DNA from: Gammaproteobacteria bacterium
GTDB taxonomy: Bacteria > Pseudomonadota > Gammaproteobacteria > GCA-001735895
NCBI GenBank assembly: GCA_024763505.1
Contig: JANTFI010000002.1
Location: 9,990-73,989 of the forward strand
Reading direction: 5' to 3'
DNA length: 64,000 bases
Shown here piece after piece: positions 43,834 to 53,734 of the stretch. Numbering within the stretch: position 1 is the first letter of the stretch; every line of letters begins with the position of its first letter. The position numbers and the translations under genes were made by a program. Under the pieces are notes generated by a model. The model searched no databases. It saw only the letters and a program-made list of their open reading frames with translations, and was not told the DNA's origin.

Positions 43834-44651
43834 CGACTACAATGAGTAACCGGGTACAACTGAATGACACCATGCAAACTACCTGCCCGAATTGCGGCAG
43901 TGTATTTCGTGTCACTTCCGCCGAACTGGAGAGCGGTTTTGGACGGGTACGCTGTGGCGTTTGCCAAAAAGAATTCAATGCTCTTCTTAACCTGGAAAAT
44001 TACCACGGCGAACCGGTCGAGCTGTTACCCGATACCCCTCCTCCCGAGACAGCGCCCGACGACAGCTCTCACGAATCGCCAACCGATTCGCTATCGACCC
44101 GAACAGATACATCCTCAGGCGACGCGGGTGAATCGGTCTCGCTGCATCAAGCCATGTATGGAGACGGCCACAAAAGCCCGACCAATCTGAAACCGTTGCT
44201 GTGGTTCGTTGGCATTTTGATTTTATTGATTCTGGCAATTGTTCAAGTCATTTATTATCAGCGGTATGCACTGATTTCTTCTGTGCATTACCAACCGCAA
44301 ATCCTCAGCCTGTGCCAGATTCTGCCCTGTGATGAGAAAAAGTTTTTCAATGCTTCCCAGTTTCGCCTGCTGGAAAGAAATATCTTCACCCATCCGACCC
44401 GGCCCGACGCGCTGATGGTGAGTGGTTCATTTGTCAATCAGGCACCCTTTTCACAGCCGTTGCCCCGTTTATTGATCAGCCTGTCCGACCAGTCGGGAAA
44501 CTTCATCGCCAGCCGCCTGTTCGAGCCGGAGCAATATCTGGCGGACCCATCGATCAGCCGGCTAGCACCCGGAAAATCTGTACCGTTTCGGCTCGAATTA
44601 AAAGACCCGGGTAATACCGCACTGGCCTACGAATTCGAGTTTTTCCGATGA
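43830..44651 (+). CDS. zinc-ribbon and DUF3426 domain protein
   Basis: CPNC..GRVRCGVC, TM helix, C-terminal domain; usual prmA-dusB position. Confidence 0.85.
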   Translation: MTTTMSNRVQLNDTMQTTCPNCGSVFRVTSAELESGFGRVRCGVCQKEFNALLNLENYHGEPVELLPDTPPPETAPDDSSHESPTDSLSTRTDTSSGDAGESVSLHQAMYGDGHKSPTNLKPLLWFVGILILLILAIVQVIYYQRYALISSVHYQPQILSLCQILPCDEKKFFNASQFRLLERNIFTHPTRPDALMVSGSFVNQAPFSQPLPRLLISLSDQSGNFIASRLFEPEQYLADPSISRLAPGKSVPFRLELKDPGNTALAYEFEFFR

Positions 44652-45646
44652 CTTTCCGGATTGGCCCCTACCAGTTTGACAGCCCGCTGGCACTGGCACC
44701 GATGGCCGGCGTCACCGATCGGCCGTTTCGCCAGATGTGTCGGGAACACGGCGCCAGCATGACGGTATCGGAAATGGTCAACAGCAAGGCCGAGTTGCGC
44801 AACACCCGAAAATCGATGTTGCGCACCGACCATCAGGGTGAACCGGAACCGGTGATCGTACAAATCGCCGGGGCAGATCCGCAAACCATGGCCGATGCAG
44901 CCCGCTACAATGTCGATCTCGGCGCCCAGATCATCGATATCAACATGGGCTGTCCGGCCAAAAAGGTTTGCTGCCTAGCGGCAGGTTCGGCACTGCTGCA
45001 GGACGAACAACAGGTCGGTCGTATCCTCGAAGCCGTGGTTGCGGCCGTCGATGTGCCGGTAACATTGAAAACCCGCACCGGGTGGGCGCGCCAGCACAAA
45101 AATATTGCTCGTATTGCAGGCATTGCCGAGCAAAGCGGCATTGCTGCACTCACCGTGCACGGCCGCAGCCGGGAAGATAAATTTCTCGGTCAGGCAGAAT
45201 TTGACAGCCTGCGTATGCTGAAAGACATTGTATCCATCCCGTTGATCGCCAATGGCGATATTGACTCGGAAAAAAAGGCACGAACGGTCATGGACTTCAG
45301 CGGCGCGGATGCTATTATGGTCGGCCGCGCTGCGCAGAAAAGACCGTGGATTTTCCAGCATATTCGTCATTATCTGGAAACCGGCCAGCAACTGCAGCAA
45401 CCCGGGCTGATAACAAGAAAATCCGTGCTGCTCAAACACCTGAACAACCTGTATCAATTTTATGGTGAATTTCAGGGATTGAGAGTGGCACGAAAGCATA
45501 TCAACTGGCAGATGGGCGACGAACCGGTATACCGGCAATATATCCGGCCACAAATCATGGCTGCAGAATCCACCCGCCAGCAGACAACTTTGATTCATCA
45601 ATGTTTTGATCGAATAAGCGACAGTCAATTGGCCGCAGTCAGTTAA
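44648..45646 (+). CDS. dusB: tRNA-dihydrouridine synthase B
   Basis: LAPMAGVTD, DINMGCPAKKV, ARKH. Confidence 0.96.
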   Translation: MTFRIGPYQFDSPLALAPMAGVTDRPFRQMCREHGASMTVSEMVNSKAELRNTRKSMLRTDHQGEPEPVIVQIAGADPQTMADAARYNVDLGAQIIDINMGCPAKKVCCLAAGSALLQDEQQVGRILEAVVAAVDVPVTLKTRTGWARQHKNIARIAGIAEQSGIAALTVHGRSREDKFLGQAEFDSLRMLKDIVSIPLIANGDIDSEKKARTVMDFSGADAIMVGRAAQKRPWIFQHIRHYLETGQQLQQPGLITRKSVLLKHLNNLYQFYGEFQGLRVARKHINWQMGDEPVYRQYIRPQIMAAESTRQQTTLIHQCFDRISDSQLAAVS

Positions 45647-45813
45647 CCGTCAACACAAAACACTGGATGGAACTCACAGAGTACAGGCATTTGTTTTAGT
45701 TGCTTGCCCACTTTTTCAGCGGTGCATCGGTAAAGCAAATATCTGTGTTTTTACGGTTCCTCGATACGGCCTGAATCAGTACAGGCCACCTTGAGAGCAG
45801 GATTCCGGCGGGT

Positions 45814-46110
45814 ATGGGCAATGCGCGAGCTCCGGAAAAGAAAAGAGAACATAACTTGAAAAGCGACACTCACAATAAAAATTCGACGTTGCAGCAATCG
45901 GTTATTTCCGCATTAACGCAATACATTGCCGATCTGGATGGCGAGGTTCCCTGTAACCTGTATGACAAAGTCATAGGTGAAGTCGAAAAACCCTTGTTCG
46001 ATACCGTAATGAATCATTGCGACCATAATCAATCCAAAGCCGCCAGTTGTCTCGGCATCAACCGGGGTACACTGAGAAAAAAGCTCAAGCAGTATCAGAT
46101 TATTCCCTGA
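45814..46110 (+). CDS. fis: Fis DNA-binding protein (start may be TTG 45856)
   Basis: EVEKPL, NQSKAASCLGINRGTLRKKL. Confidence 0.93.
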   Translation: MGNARAPEKKREHNLKSDTHNKNSTLQQSVISALTQYIADLDGEVPCNLYDKVIGEVEKPLFDTVMNHCDHNQSKAASCLGINRGTLRKKLKQYQIIP

Positions 46111-46209
46111 CGCCGAGGCTTGCCGGCTGTCCTGAATATTTCGTCTGTCTTCTTCATGTTAAACAGTGCTTCCTCTATAATGCGCTGTTTTTATCTGATG
46201 GACGAACCC

Positions 46210-47775
46210 ATGACCGACGCCCCCGCTATTCGTCGCGCCCTGCTGAGCGTATCCGACAAATCCGGCATTCTCGATCTCGCCCGCACCCTGCACCAACAGG
46301 GCGTAGAGTTGCTGTCAACCGGCGGCACCGCCAAAATGATCGCCGAGGATGGCATCCCGGTCACCGAAATTGCACAGTACACCGGCTTCCCCGAAATGAT
46401 GGATGGCCGGGTCAAGACCCTGCATCCCAGGGTGCATGGTGGCTTGCTCGGACGCAGCGGCACCGATGACGAGGTAATGGCTGAACATGAAATCCTGCCA
46501 ATTGACCTGGTCGTCATCAACCTGTACCCGTTCCAACAAACCGTCGCCAATCCGGACTGCACACTGCAGGACGCCATCGAGAATATCGATATCGGCGGCC
46601 CGGCCATGCTCCGCTCTGCTGCCAAAAACAATGCCCGCGTCACGGTGGTGGTCGACCCGCTCGATTACGCCACCGTCTTGCAGGAAATCGCCGAAAACAA
46701 TGGTGCCATCCGCGATGACATCCGCTTTTCGCTGGCAATCAAGGCGTTTGAGCATACCGCCAGCTACGATGGCGCGATCGCCAATTACTTCGGTCGCCTG
46801 GTGCAGCCCGAGCAAGATCGCCGCTTTCCACGCACCATCACTTTTCAATATCACCATAAACAAGGCATGCGCTATGGCGAAAACCCGCATCAAAATGCCG
46901 CGTTTTATGCCGAGAGCAATCTCAAGGAGCCCTGTATCGCAACCTCGGTACAACTCTCCGGCAAGGAACTGTCATTCAACAATATCGGCGACACCGACGC
47001 CGCGCTGGAATGCGTCAAGCAATTCGATGAACCGAGTTGTGTCATCGTTAAGCACGCCAACCCCTGCGGAGTTGCCACCACCGACAATATTCTGACTGCT
47101 TACGACCGTGCTTTCGCTACCGACCCGGAATCGGCCTTCGGTGGTATCATCGCATTCAACCGACCACTCGATGAACATACCGCGCAAGCCATCATCGACC
47201 GCCAGTTTGTCGAAGTGATTATCGCGCCGAGTGTAGATGACGGCGCCGCCGAAATCATCGCCAGCAAACCGAATGTCCGCCTGCTCGCCAGCGGACAATG
47301 GCAAGACCCGGAATATCGCCTCGACAGCAAACGCGTGAATGGCGGATTACTGGTGCAGGATGCCGATCTGGAACTGTACGACAGCCTCGAAGTGGTGACT
47401 GAAAAACAACCGGACGACGCGCAAATGCGTGATTTACTGTTCGGCTGGAAGGTCGCCAAATTCGTCAAGTCCAACGCCATTGTGTACACCCGGGACTGGA
47501 TGACCATCGGCGTCGGAGCCGGGCAAATGTCACGCATCAACAGCGCTCGCATCGCCGGTATCAAGGCCGAACACGCCGGGCTGGAAGTATCCGGTTCGGC
47601 GATGGCATCGGATGCCTTCTTCCCGTTTCGCGATGGTATCGATGCCGCTGCCAAAGCCGGCATCAGCGCGATCATCCAGCCCGGTGGCTCGATGCGCGAC
47701 CAGGAAGTGATCGATGCCGCCAACGAACACGGCATGTCGATGGTGTTCACCAAAATGCGTCATTTCCGACACTGA
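46210..47775 (+). CDS. purH: AICAR transformylase/IMP cyclohydrolase
   Basis: [32 protein letters not shown]. Confidence 0.98.
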   Translation: MTDAPAIRRALLSVSDKSGILDLARTLHQQGVELLSTGGTAKMIAEDGIPVTEIAQYTGFPEMMDGRVKTLHPRVHGGLLGRSGTDDEVMAEHEILPIDLVVINLYPFQQTVANPDCTLQDAIENIDIGGPAMLRSAAKNNARVTVVVDPLDYATVLQEIAENNGAIRDDIRFSLAIKAFEHTASYDGAIANYFGRLVQPEQDRRFPRTITFQYHHKQGMRYGENPHQNAAFYAESNLKEPCIATSVQLSGKELSFNNIGDTDAALECVKQFDEPSCVIVKHANPCGVATTDNILTAYDRAFATDPESAFGGIIAFNRPLDEHTAQAIIDRQFVEVIIAPSVDDGAAEIIASKPNVRLLASGQWQDPEYRLDSKRVNGGLLVQDADLELYDSLEVVTEKQPDDAQMRDLLFGWKVAKFVKSNAIVYTRDWMTIGVGAGQMSRINSARIAGIKAEHAGLEVSGSAMASDAFFPFRDGIDAAAKAGISAIIQPGGSMRDQEVIDAANEHGMSMVFTKMRHFRH

Positions 47776-47790
47776 TCAGGCGAGGTTCCG

Positions 47791-49065
47791 ATGAAGGTTT
47801 TGATTATTGGCGGCGGTGGCCGTGAACATGCGCTGGCGTGGAAAGCGGCCCAGTCAGCCATGGTGTCGCAAGTCTTTGTCGCCCCCGGCAATGCCGGTAC
47901 CGCATTGGAGGACAAACTGACCAATGTCGATATCGCGGCGGACGATATTCAAACACTGTGTGATTTTGCACTCAGCGAGCAGATCGACCTGACCATAGTC
48001 GGGCCGGAGGCCCCGCTGGTCATCGGCGTGGTCGACCTGTTTCAGGGCAAGGGTTTGAAAATTTTCGGCCCCAGCCAGGCTGCGGCGCAACTGGAAGGTT
48101 CGAAAACCTTCACCAAGGATTTCCTGCAGCGTCATGCCATTCCGACCGCGGCTTTCCAGAGCTTTACCGAGATCGAACCCGCGATCGCCTATATCGAGGA
48201 AAAAGGCGCGCCGATCGTTATCAAGGCCGATGGGCTGGCAGCCGGCAAAGGGGTGATACTGGCGCAGGATAACGCACAGGCCATCGAAGCCGTGCGTGAC
48301 ATGCTGGCCGGTAATGCTTTCGGCGAAGCCGGACACCGCGTGGTGATCGAAGAGTTTCTGCACGGCGAAGAAGCCAGCTTTATCTGCATGGTCGATGGTG
48401 AACATATCTTGCCGATGGCCACTTCTCAGGATCACAAGGCACGCGACGACGGTGATCTCGGGCCCAACACCGGCGGCATGGGGGCTTACTCACCCGCGCC
48501 GATCGTGACCGATGAAATGGCGCAGCGGGTCATCGATGAAGTGATCCGTCCGACGGTGGATGGCATGACCGCGGAAGGCAAGCCCTACCACGGCTTTCTC
48601 TACGCTGGCCTGATGATCGCATCCGATGGAACGCCCAGAGTGCTGGAATACAATTGCCGCTTTGGCGACCCGGAAACCCAGCCCATCATGATGCGCTTGA
48701 AATCCGATCTGGTGGAGCATTGTCTGGCTGCCGTCGAAGGCAAACTGGATCAACAGATTACGATCTGGAATGACCGCGTGGCACTGGGCGTGGTAATGGC
48801 AGCAAGCGGCTATCCCGGTGCTTACCAGCAAGGAGAAGCCATCCGCAATATTCCCGCAGAAACTGATGAAGTTAAGGTTTTTCATGCCGGTACGCGGCTC
48901 GATTCAGCGGGTAATGTCGTCAGTCATGGCGGGCGTGTATTGTGCGTGGTCGCGCTCGGCGACAATGTCAAACAGGCGCAGCAAGCCGCCTATCAAGTCG
49001 TTCACAGCATCGATTGGCCCGGCGCTTATTTTCGCAACGATATCGGCTTCAAGGCAATACGTTGA
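47791..49065 (+). CDS. purD: phosphoribosylamine-glycine ligase
   Basis: GGGGREHA, KADGLAAGKGV, RFGDPETQ. Confidence 0.98.
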   Translation: MKVLIIGGGGREHALAWKAAQSAMVSQVFVAPGNAGTALEDKLTNVDIAADDIQTLCDFALSEQIDLTIVGPEAPLVIGVVDLFQGKGLKIFGPSQAAAQLEGSKTFTKDFLQRHAIPTAAFQSFTEIEPAIAYIEEKGAPIVIKADGLAAGKGVILAQDNAQAIEAVRDMLAGNAFGEAGHRVVIEEFLHGEEASFICMVDGEHILPMATSQDHKARDDGDLGPNTGGMGAYSPAPIVTDEMAQRVIDEVIRPTVDGMTAEGKPYHGFLYAGLMIASDGTPRVLEYNCRFGDPETQPIMMRLKSDLVEHCLAAVEGKLDQQITIWNDRVALGVVMAASGYPGAYQQGEAIRNIPAETDEVKVFHAGTRLDSAGNVVSHGGRVLCVVALGDNVKQAQQAAYQVVHSIDWPGAYFRNDIGFKAIR

Positions 49066-49230
49066 CCCCAAATCTGCTACCGATCGGGATCAAACCGAAA
49101 ACCGCTGGTCGGAAAAAATCAACAACAAACCGGCACCCTCAATTGACAGATTACTTTAAGCTGAGTACGCAAGTTTCTGTGTAACCAGTCATTTCAGATT
49201 TTGGCCCAACCGCGGGTTTTGCCCACCCAA

Positions 49231-49279
49231 TCACTAGATATAGTAGCCACAAACTAAATATGCCTACTATATCTTGTTA
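49231..49279. promoter_or_regulatory. two tandem NrdR boxes
   Basis: TCACTAGATATAGTAG (49231-49246) and CTACTATATCTTGTTA (49264-49279) fit acaCwAtATaTwGtg; starts are 33 bp apart; box 2 overlaps TTGTTA-N16-TATACT (49274-49301). Confidence 0.72.
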
Positions 49280-49356
49280 TCAAGCCAAATCTTCCTATAC
49301 TTTCCCAAACCCGATTCCGAGCACGAAACCAACCCGCAGCGAATGGAGGAAAAGCC

Positions 49357-49566
49357 ATGATTTGCCCGCATTGCCACTCAACCATGCATCTTGTCGAGTC
49401 ATCCCGTACCGAAAAAAGCCAGGTCTTTTTCTACCGCTGCAGTGTTTGTGTAGCGGAGCACGTCAGCTGTCGCTTATTGCAGAAAGCAGATACCGTTCAT
49501 CCATTTATTCAAATTTCTGCCGGATTAGAGCACTCATCGACAAAATATTTTCAAACCCTGTCCTAA
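49357..49566 (+). CDS. small Zn-ribbon protein (NrdR N-terminal domain-like or Ogr/Delta-like)
   Basis: GGAGGA SD; MICPHC..VESSR..YRCSVC. Confidence 0.75.
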   Translation: MICPHCHSTMHLVESSRTEKSQVFFYRCSVCVAEHVSCRLLQKADTVHPFIQISAGLEHSSTKYFQTLS

Positions 49567-49606
49567 ACTTCGGGTCGAACACAGAGAATGATCAGGGAGA
49601 ACAGAG

Positions 49607-49741
49607 ATGAGACAGCAACCTATCCGTAACCACAGAAAATCCTACACCCCGTTCAATCGACAGTTTGAGCGCCTACTGTATCTGCCCGGTGCATTGATTC
49701 TGGCTTATGGCCTGTGGCTGGCTTTGACGGTCAATTCCTGA
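49607..49741 (+). CDS. putative 44-aa single-TM peptide
   Basis: GGGAGA SD; MRQQPIRNHRKSYTPFNRQFERLLYLPGALILAYGLWLALTVNS; below the ORF-track cutoff. Confidence 0.55.
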   Translation: MRQQPIRNHRKSYTPFNRQFERLLYLPGALILAYGLWLALTVNS

Positions 49742-51068
49742 AACACAGTTCGACCTTCAAACCACCCATCCAGGATTGTCCAAACTTCAGGTTGATGTCG
49801 TAAGCCTCGACAATTTCCTTGACTACTGCCAAACCAATCCCCTGCCCTTCACGGCTTTGATCCAGCCGCGCGCCGCGCGCCAGAATCTGCTCCAACTGTT
49901 CTTTATCCAGACCTTCACCATCGTCTTCAATCCACAGGCACATGAACTCATCTTCTATGCGACTGGTCAGTCGAACCCTGCTATTACCGTATTTGCAGGC
50001 GTTGTCAATCAGGTTACCGAGAATTTCCAGTAGATCACTTTCATCCAGCCGCAGTTGTCTTTTCCGCGTGGCCTTCAATGCCATTTCCAGTTCGATATCG
50101 CGATAGATCCTGCGCAGCGCATTGACGGTTTTTTCCACCAGCGGATTGAACGACTGCAATGGACTGATCGACTCCCCGCCGACAGTCGCCGCTTTTTGCA
50201 ATTGATAGGTAATGATTTGGTTCATGCGCTGGCTTTGTTCGTTGAGCGAAGCCAGGTCATCGGCACACAACTGATCTTTTTCACTAAAACCCTGCAGCAC
50301 CGCCAGCGGTGTTTTCAGGCTGTGAGCCAGGTCATCCAGCGCATGCCGGTAACGCTGCATTTGATGCTGCTCACGTTGCAATAACAGGTTAAGGTTTTGC
50401 GTCAAAGGCTGAATTTCGCTGGGATAATGCGCATCGAAGCGGTGCTGTCGGTTGTTTTCCAGCGCTTTCAATTCTTCACCGATCTGGCGCAAAGGACGCA
50501 GACTCCACAGCATCACCAGCCACATCAGCAATAGTAGCAGCGCGATGGTGACCAGCAACCAGAGCCAAAGGGTTTGACGGAAGGCCGAAAATTGAGCCTG
50601 AAAATCACCAGCATCCTTCCACAACACCAGCCGATAGAGACTGAGTTTGTCATGCACATTGGGCCAGCGTATCGAAAACGCCAGTTGAAACCAGCGCTTG
50701 CCGTCAAAGTTTTGCTGACTGAAACGTAATTGTTCCGGCTTTAGATCCTGCACTTGCGGAAAATCGAGCTCAGTCGAAAGTGAGCGCCAGATTTCGCCCT
50801 GCTGGTCATATAGTTGCGCGTACAGACCGGAATCCGGGGCAAACAATGCACTTTCAAACAAGCGCTCATCGGCAACGGTAATGCTCAAGCCACTGGCATC
50901 GCGGTCAACCGCAGCCAGCACGCTGTACATCAAGGCTGTCAGTTTGTCTTCTTCAGCCTGCAGCATACGAACCCGAATGGCACGCTCCAGCGCCACCGCA
51001 GTCAGCACCATGAAGCCGACCAGCACGATCAGGCTAGTCAGCATCAATCGGGATTTGATCGAATTCAT
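49731..51068 (-). CDS. sensor histidine kinase (PhoQ/CarS-like)
   Basis: Two TM helices, DLAHSLKTPL, GNLIDNACKY, GQGIGL. Confidence 0.93.
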   Translation of the reverse strand: MNSIKSRLMLTSLIVLVGFMVLTAVALERAIRVRMLQAEEDKLTALMYSVLAAVDRDASGLSITVADERLFESALFAPDSGLYAQLYDQQGEIWRSLSTELDFPQVQDLKPEQLRFSQQNFDGKRWFQLAFSIRWPNVHDKLSLYRLVLWKDAGDFQAQFSAFRQTLWLWLLVTIALLLLLMWLVMLWSLRPLRQIGEELKALENNRQHRFDAHYPSEIQPLTQNLNLLLQREQHQMQRYRHALDDLAHSLKTPLAVLQGFSEKDQLCADDLASLNEQSQRMNQIITYQLQKAATVGGESISPLQSFNPLVEKTVNALRRIYRDIELEMALKATRKRQLRLDESDLLEILGNLIDNACKYGNSRVRLTSRIEDEFMCLWIEDDGEGLDKEQLEQILARGARLDQSREGQGIGLAVVKEIVEAYDINLKFGQSWMGGLKVELCFRN

Positions 51069-51113
51069 TTCGCCGGAAATCTACCTTTTTGTTGGCGGCT
51101 GGATCGCCTGAAT

Positions 51114-51800
51114 TCAAGCGGCTTTGTCGGCACCGAGATTGAACCGGTATCCGCGACCGCGCAGGGTTTCGATCGGCTGCAACTGATCGTCGGGATCGAG
51201 CTTCTGGCGCAATCGCCGGATGAAGACTTCGATCACATTGCTGTCGCGGTCACTTTCATCATCGTACAGATGTTCAGTCAACACGCTTTTCGACACCACT
51301 TCGCCGCTGTGCATCATCAGGTATTCGAGCACCTTGTATTCAAAAGCCGTCAATTCGACTTCGCTACCCTCGAGTGTGACGCGTTGACTGGAGGGGTCCA
51401 GCGATATCGGGCCGCATTGCAGGGTCGCGTCAGACCAGCCCGCCGCACGCCGGATCAACACGCGGATGCGCGCCATCAATTCTTCTTGATGAAACGGCTT
51501 GACCAGATAATCGTCGGCACCGGCATCCAGCCCCTCTACCTTGTCTTGCCAGCGTCCACGCGCGGTCAAAATCAGTACCGGCACATCCTTGCCTTCGGCG
51601 CGAATCTGGCGAATAACTTCCATGCCGGATTTTTTCGGTAAGCCGAGATCGACGATCGCGACATCGCAAGGATATTCTTGCAGCAGGTACAATCCGTCGA
51701 CACCGTCCAACGCGCTGTCGACCGCGAATCCTTCCTGCTTCAGTCGTTCGACGATCTGCCGGTTAATATCCGGATCATCTTCAATTACGATTGCTCTCAT
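51114..51800 (-). CDS. OmpR/PhoP-family response regulator
   Basis: VDLGLP, ILTAR, GADDYLVKPF, ETLRGRGY. Confidence 0.95.
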   Translation of the reverse strand: MRAIVIEDDPDINRQIVERLKQEGFAVDSALDGVDGLYLLQEYPCDVAIVDLGLPKKSGMEVIRQIRAEGKDVPVLILTARGRWQDKVEGLDAGADDYLVKPFHQEELMARIRVLIRRAAGWSDATLQCGPISLDPSSQRVTLEGSEVELTAFEYKVLEYLMMHSGEVVSKSVLTEHLYDDESDRDSNVIEVFIRRLRQKLDPDDQLQPIETLRGRGYRFNLGADKAA

Positions 51801-51827
51801 GGTTTTTCCGAATCAATGATTGCGCTA

Positions 51828-52424
51828 TTAAATCACAGGTTCAACACGGATTCTCAACTTGATTCGATCACCCGGATCATACGGCATACGGGTGTTGAAT
51901 CGCTGGCCCTTGTACTTGTAAGTCACCTGGTATCCATCAATAACCTGCTGGTAATTGACCCGCTCGGTCACTTCACAGACTTCTTCATAACGTGTGTATT
52001 GCTCGAAAGAGTCATGCCGGTTGTGACGGCTGGCATCGTTTGCAACCTGTGCGCCGATGACCGTGCCCAGTGCAGTCGCGACCTGCTTGCCACGCCCCTT
52101 GCCAATTTGATGACCGATGGCTCCACCGAGCAAGGCACCGACCAGAGTCGGTCCGGCCTGGCTGGCAGAACGCCGGGTGTGACGGGTTCTGACCGGCTCA
52201 TCCCAGCATTCCTTGCGCGGTGTCGATACCCGAACCTCACGGTAAATGGGGGTCACATCAATCACTTTACCGTAGGCCTGCAGCGATTGATGGACCCTGT
52301 CATGGCGCTCGTGCTTGTGTCCCTTGCGATGATTTTTACCATCGGCCAGGGCTGCAGTCGACAGTGCCGCCGCGGCAATCAGGACAATCAATTTTTGGCT
52401 AAATTCAGATTTCATAGGATTCAT
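51828..52424 (-). CDS. glycine-zipper 2TM domain protein (YcfJ-like)
   Basis: Signal peptide, GALLGGAIGHQIGKGRG, GYQVTY..MPYDPG. Confidence 0.88.
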   Translation of the reverse strand: MNPMKSEFSQKLIVLIAAAALSTAALADGKNHRKGHKHERHDRVHQSLQAYGKVIDVTPIYREVRVSTPRKECWDEPVRTRHTRRSASQAGPTLVGALLGGAIGHQIGKGRGKQVATALGTVIGAQVANDASRHNRHDSFEQYTRYEEVCEVTERVNYQQVIDGYQVTYKYKGQRFNTRMPYDPGDRIKLRIRVEPVI

Positions 52425-52468
52425 GGTTCACTCCGTTTGTGTAGGCTGGTGCAACCTTAACCCAGCGT

Positions 52469-52487
52469 AACTGAACCGAAACTGAAC
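52469..52487 (-). promoter_or_regulatory. direct repeat, likely binding site of the adjacent OmpR-family regulator
   Basis: AACTGAAC twice at an 11-bp period (TTCAG-N6-TTCAG on the minus strand), about 45 nt upstream of the operon. Confidence 0.65.
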
Positions 52488-52537
52488 TCTGCAGCACCTG
52501 CGCTGGATAACAGTAAAAATGAGACCTGAAAACTGAT

Positions 52538-53707
52538 TTAATCCCGCCTCAGCCGGTCGCTGAGTGCGATCGGGGTTGGATATTTCATCACCACGAAACT
52601 GGATGAAATGATAAAACTCATCAGTGTCGCGAACTGGATTAGATATCCCGCTTCGCGGCTGATGACTTGCAGTTCGGTGGCCAGTACCGCCAGCAACAAC
52701 GAAAATTCGCTCATTTGTCCGAGCCGCACCGCCACTTCGCTGGAGCGACCAGAGGATTCTTTTGAGAAGCGCAGCAAGCCGCGATACAGCAAAGGCTTGA
52801 TGAGGATGGCAATCAACATCAGACCGACAGCGGATACCCAGATCTGCTGCAACACCGACAAATCAAAATTGGCACCGAGCGAAACAAAGAAAATGATTAG
52901 AAAGAAATCACGCAATTGCTTCAGATTTTCAGCAATGAACAGCGCGATCGGGCTGCGTGCGATCGAAACTCCGGCGATAAACGCGCCGATTTCGTAAGAC
53001 AGCCCCAGCCATTCGGCGGCTTCGGCAATACCCAGACACCAGCCGATCGCAAGCAGAAAGATATATTCCTGAATGCGGTCGAAGGCCTGGATCAAGCGTA
53101 TCAGAATAAATCTCTCCACCAGATATGCCGCCAGCACCAGAGCTGGCAAAGCCAACAGTGGAAGCAGCATATCACCCCAGCCGGCGGACAATTGACTGTA
53201 ACTCTCCAGCGCGAGCAACAGCAAGATGGCAATAATGTCTTGCAACAAAAGGATACTGATGATGATCTCCCCGGTGTGCTGATGATGCAAAATCGTGGTC
53301 GGGATCAATTTCAAGCCAATGATGGTGCTGGAAAACATCAGAGCCGCACCAATCACGACACTTTCCAACTCGGCGAATCCGATCAGCCGGGCATAAACAA
53401 AACCGAGGATCAGCAGCACCAGTGAACTGACTCCGGTGACCAGACTGGTTTCAGCGGCCGTTCGAAAAAGGTCGCGCGGATTCAGATTGAGGCCCAGCAG
53501 AAAAAGCAGAAACATGATGCCAATGCCGGAGATGCTCTGGATCAGAGTCGGATCGCGGACCAAAGCAAAGCCGGAAGGGCCGATCAGCAAACCCAGCGCG
53601 ATGTAGGCAATGATCAGGGACTGGCGCAGTGAAAGTGCCAGTGTGGCGATCAGCGCAGCGCCGGAGAAAATCAGAAACAGCGTAAAAATTATGGATTCGC
53701 TTTCCAT
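52538..53707 (-). CDS. CPA2-family cation:proton antiporter (no KTN domain)
   Basis: FSSTIIGLK, ILLLQDI, GAFIAG, GQMSEFS. Confidence 0.9.
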   Translation of the reverse strand: MESESIIFTLFLIFSGAALIATLALSLRQSLIIAYIALGLLIGPSGFALVRDPTLIQSISGIGIMFLLFLLGLNLNPRDLFRTAAETSLVTGVSSLVLLILGFVYARLIGFAELESVVIGAALMFSSTIIGLKLIPTTILHHQHTGEIIISILLLQDIIAILLLLALESYSQLSAGWGDMLLPLLALPALVLAAYLVERFILIRLIQAFDRIQEYIFLLAIGWCLGIAEAAEWLGLSYEIGAFIAGVSIARSPIALFIAENLKQLRDFFLIIFFVSLGANFDLSVLQQIWVSAVGLMLIAILIKPLLYRGLLRFSKESSGRSSEVAVRLGQMSEFSLLLAVLATELQVISREAGYLIQFATLMSFIISSSFVVMKYPTPIALSDRLRRD

Positions 53708-53734
53708 TATGATGCGGCGCGATCAGACACTGAC

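Noticed and set aside
49357-49566. P2/P4 prophage remnant, suggested by the Ogr-like Cys spacing
   Set aside because: No integrase, tRNA, att repeat or other phage gene nearby.
49260-49610. 116-aa ORF overlapping the Zn-ribbon gene
   Set aside because: No SD, it starts inside the operator region, and the nested frame has the strong SD and CxxC pairs.
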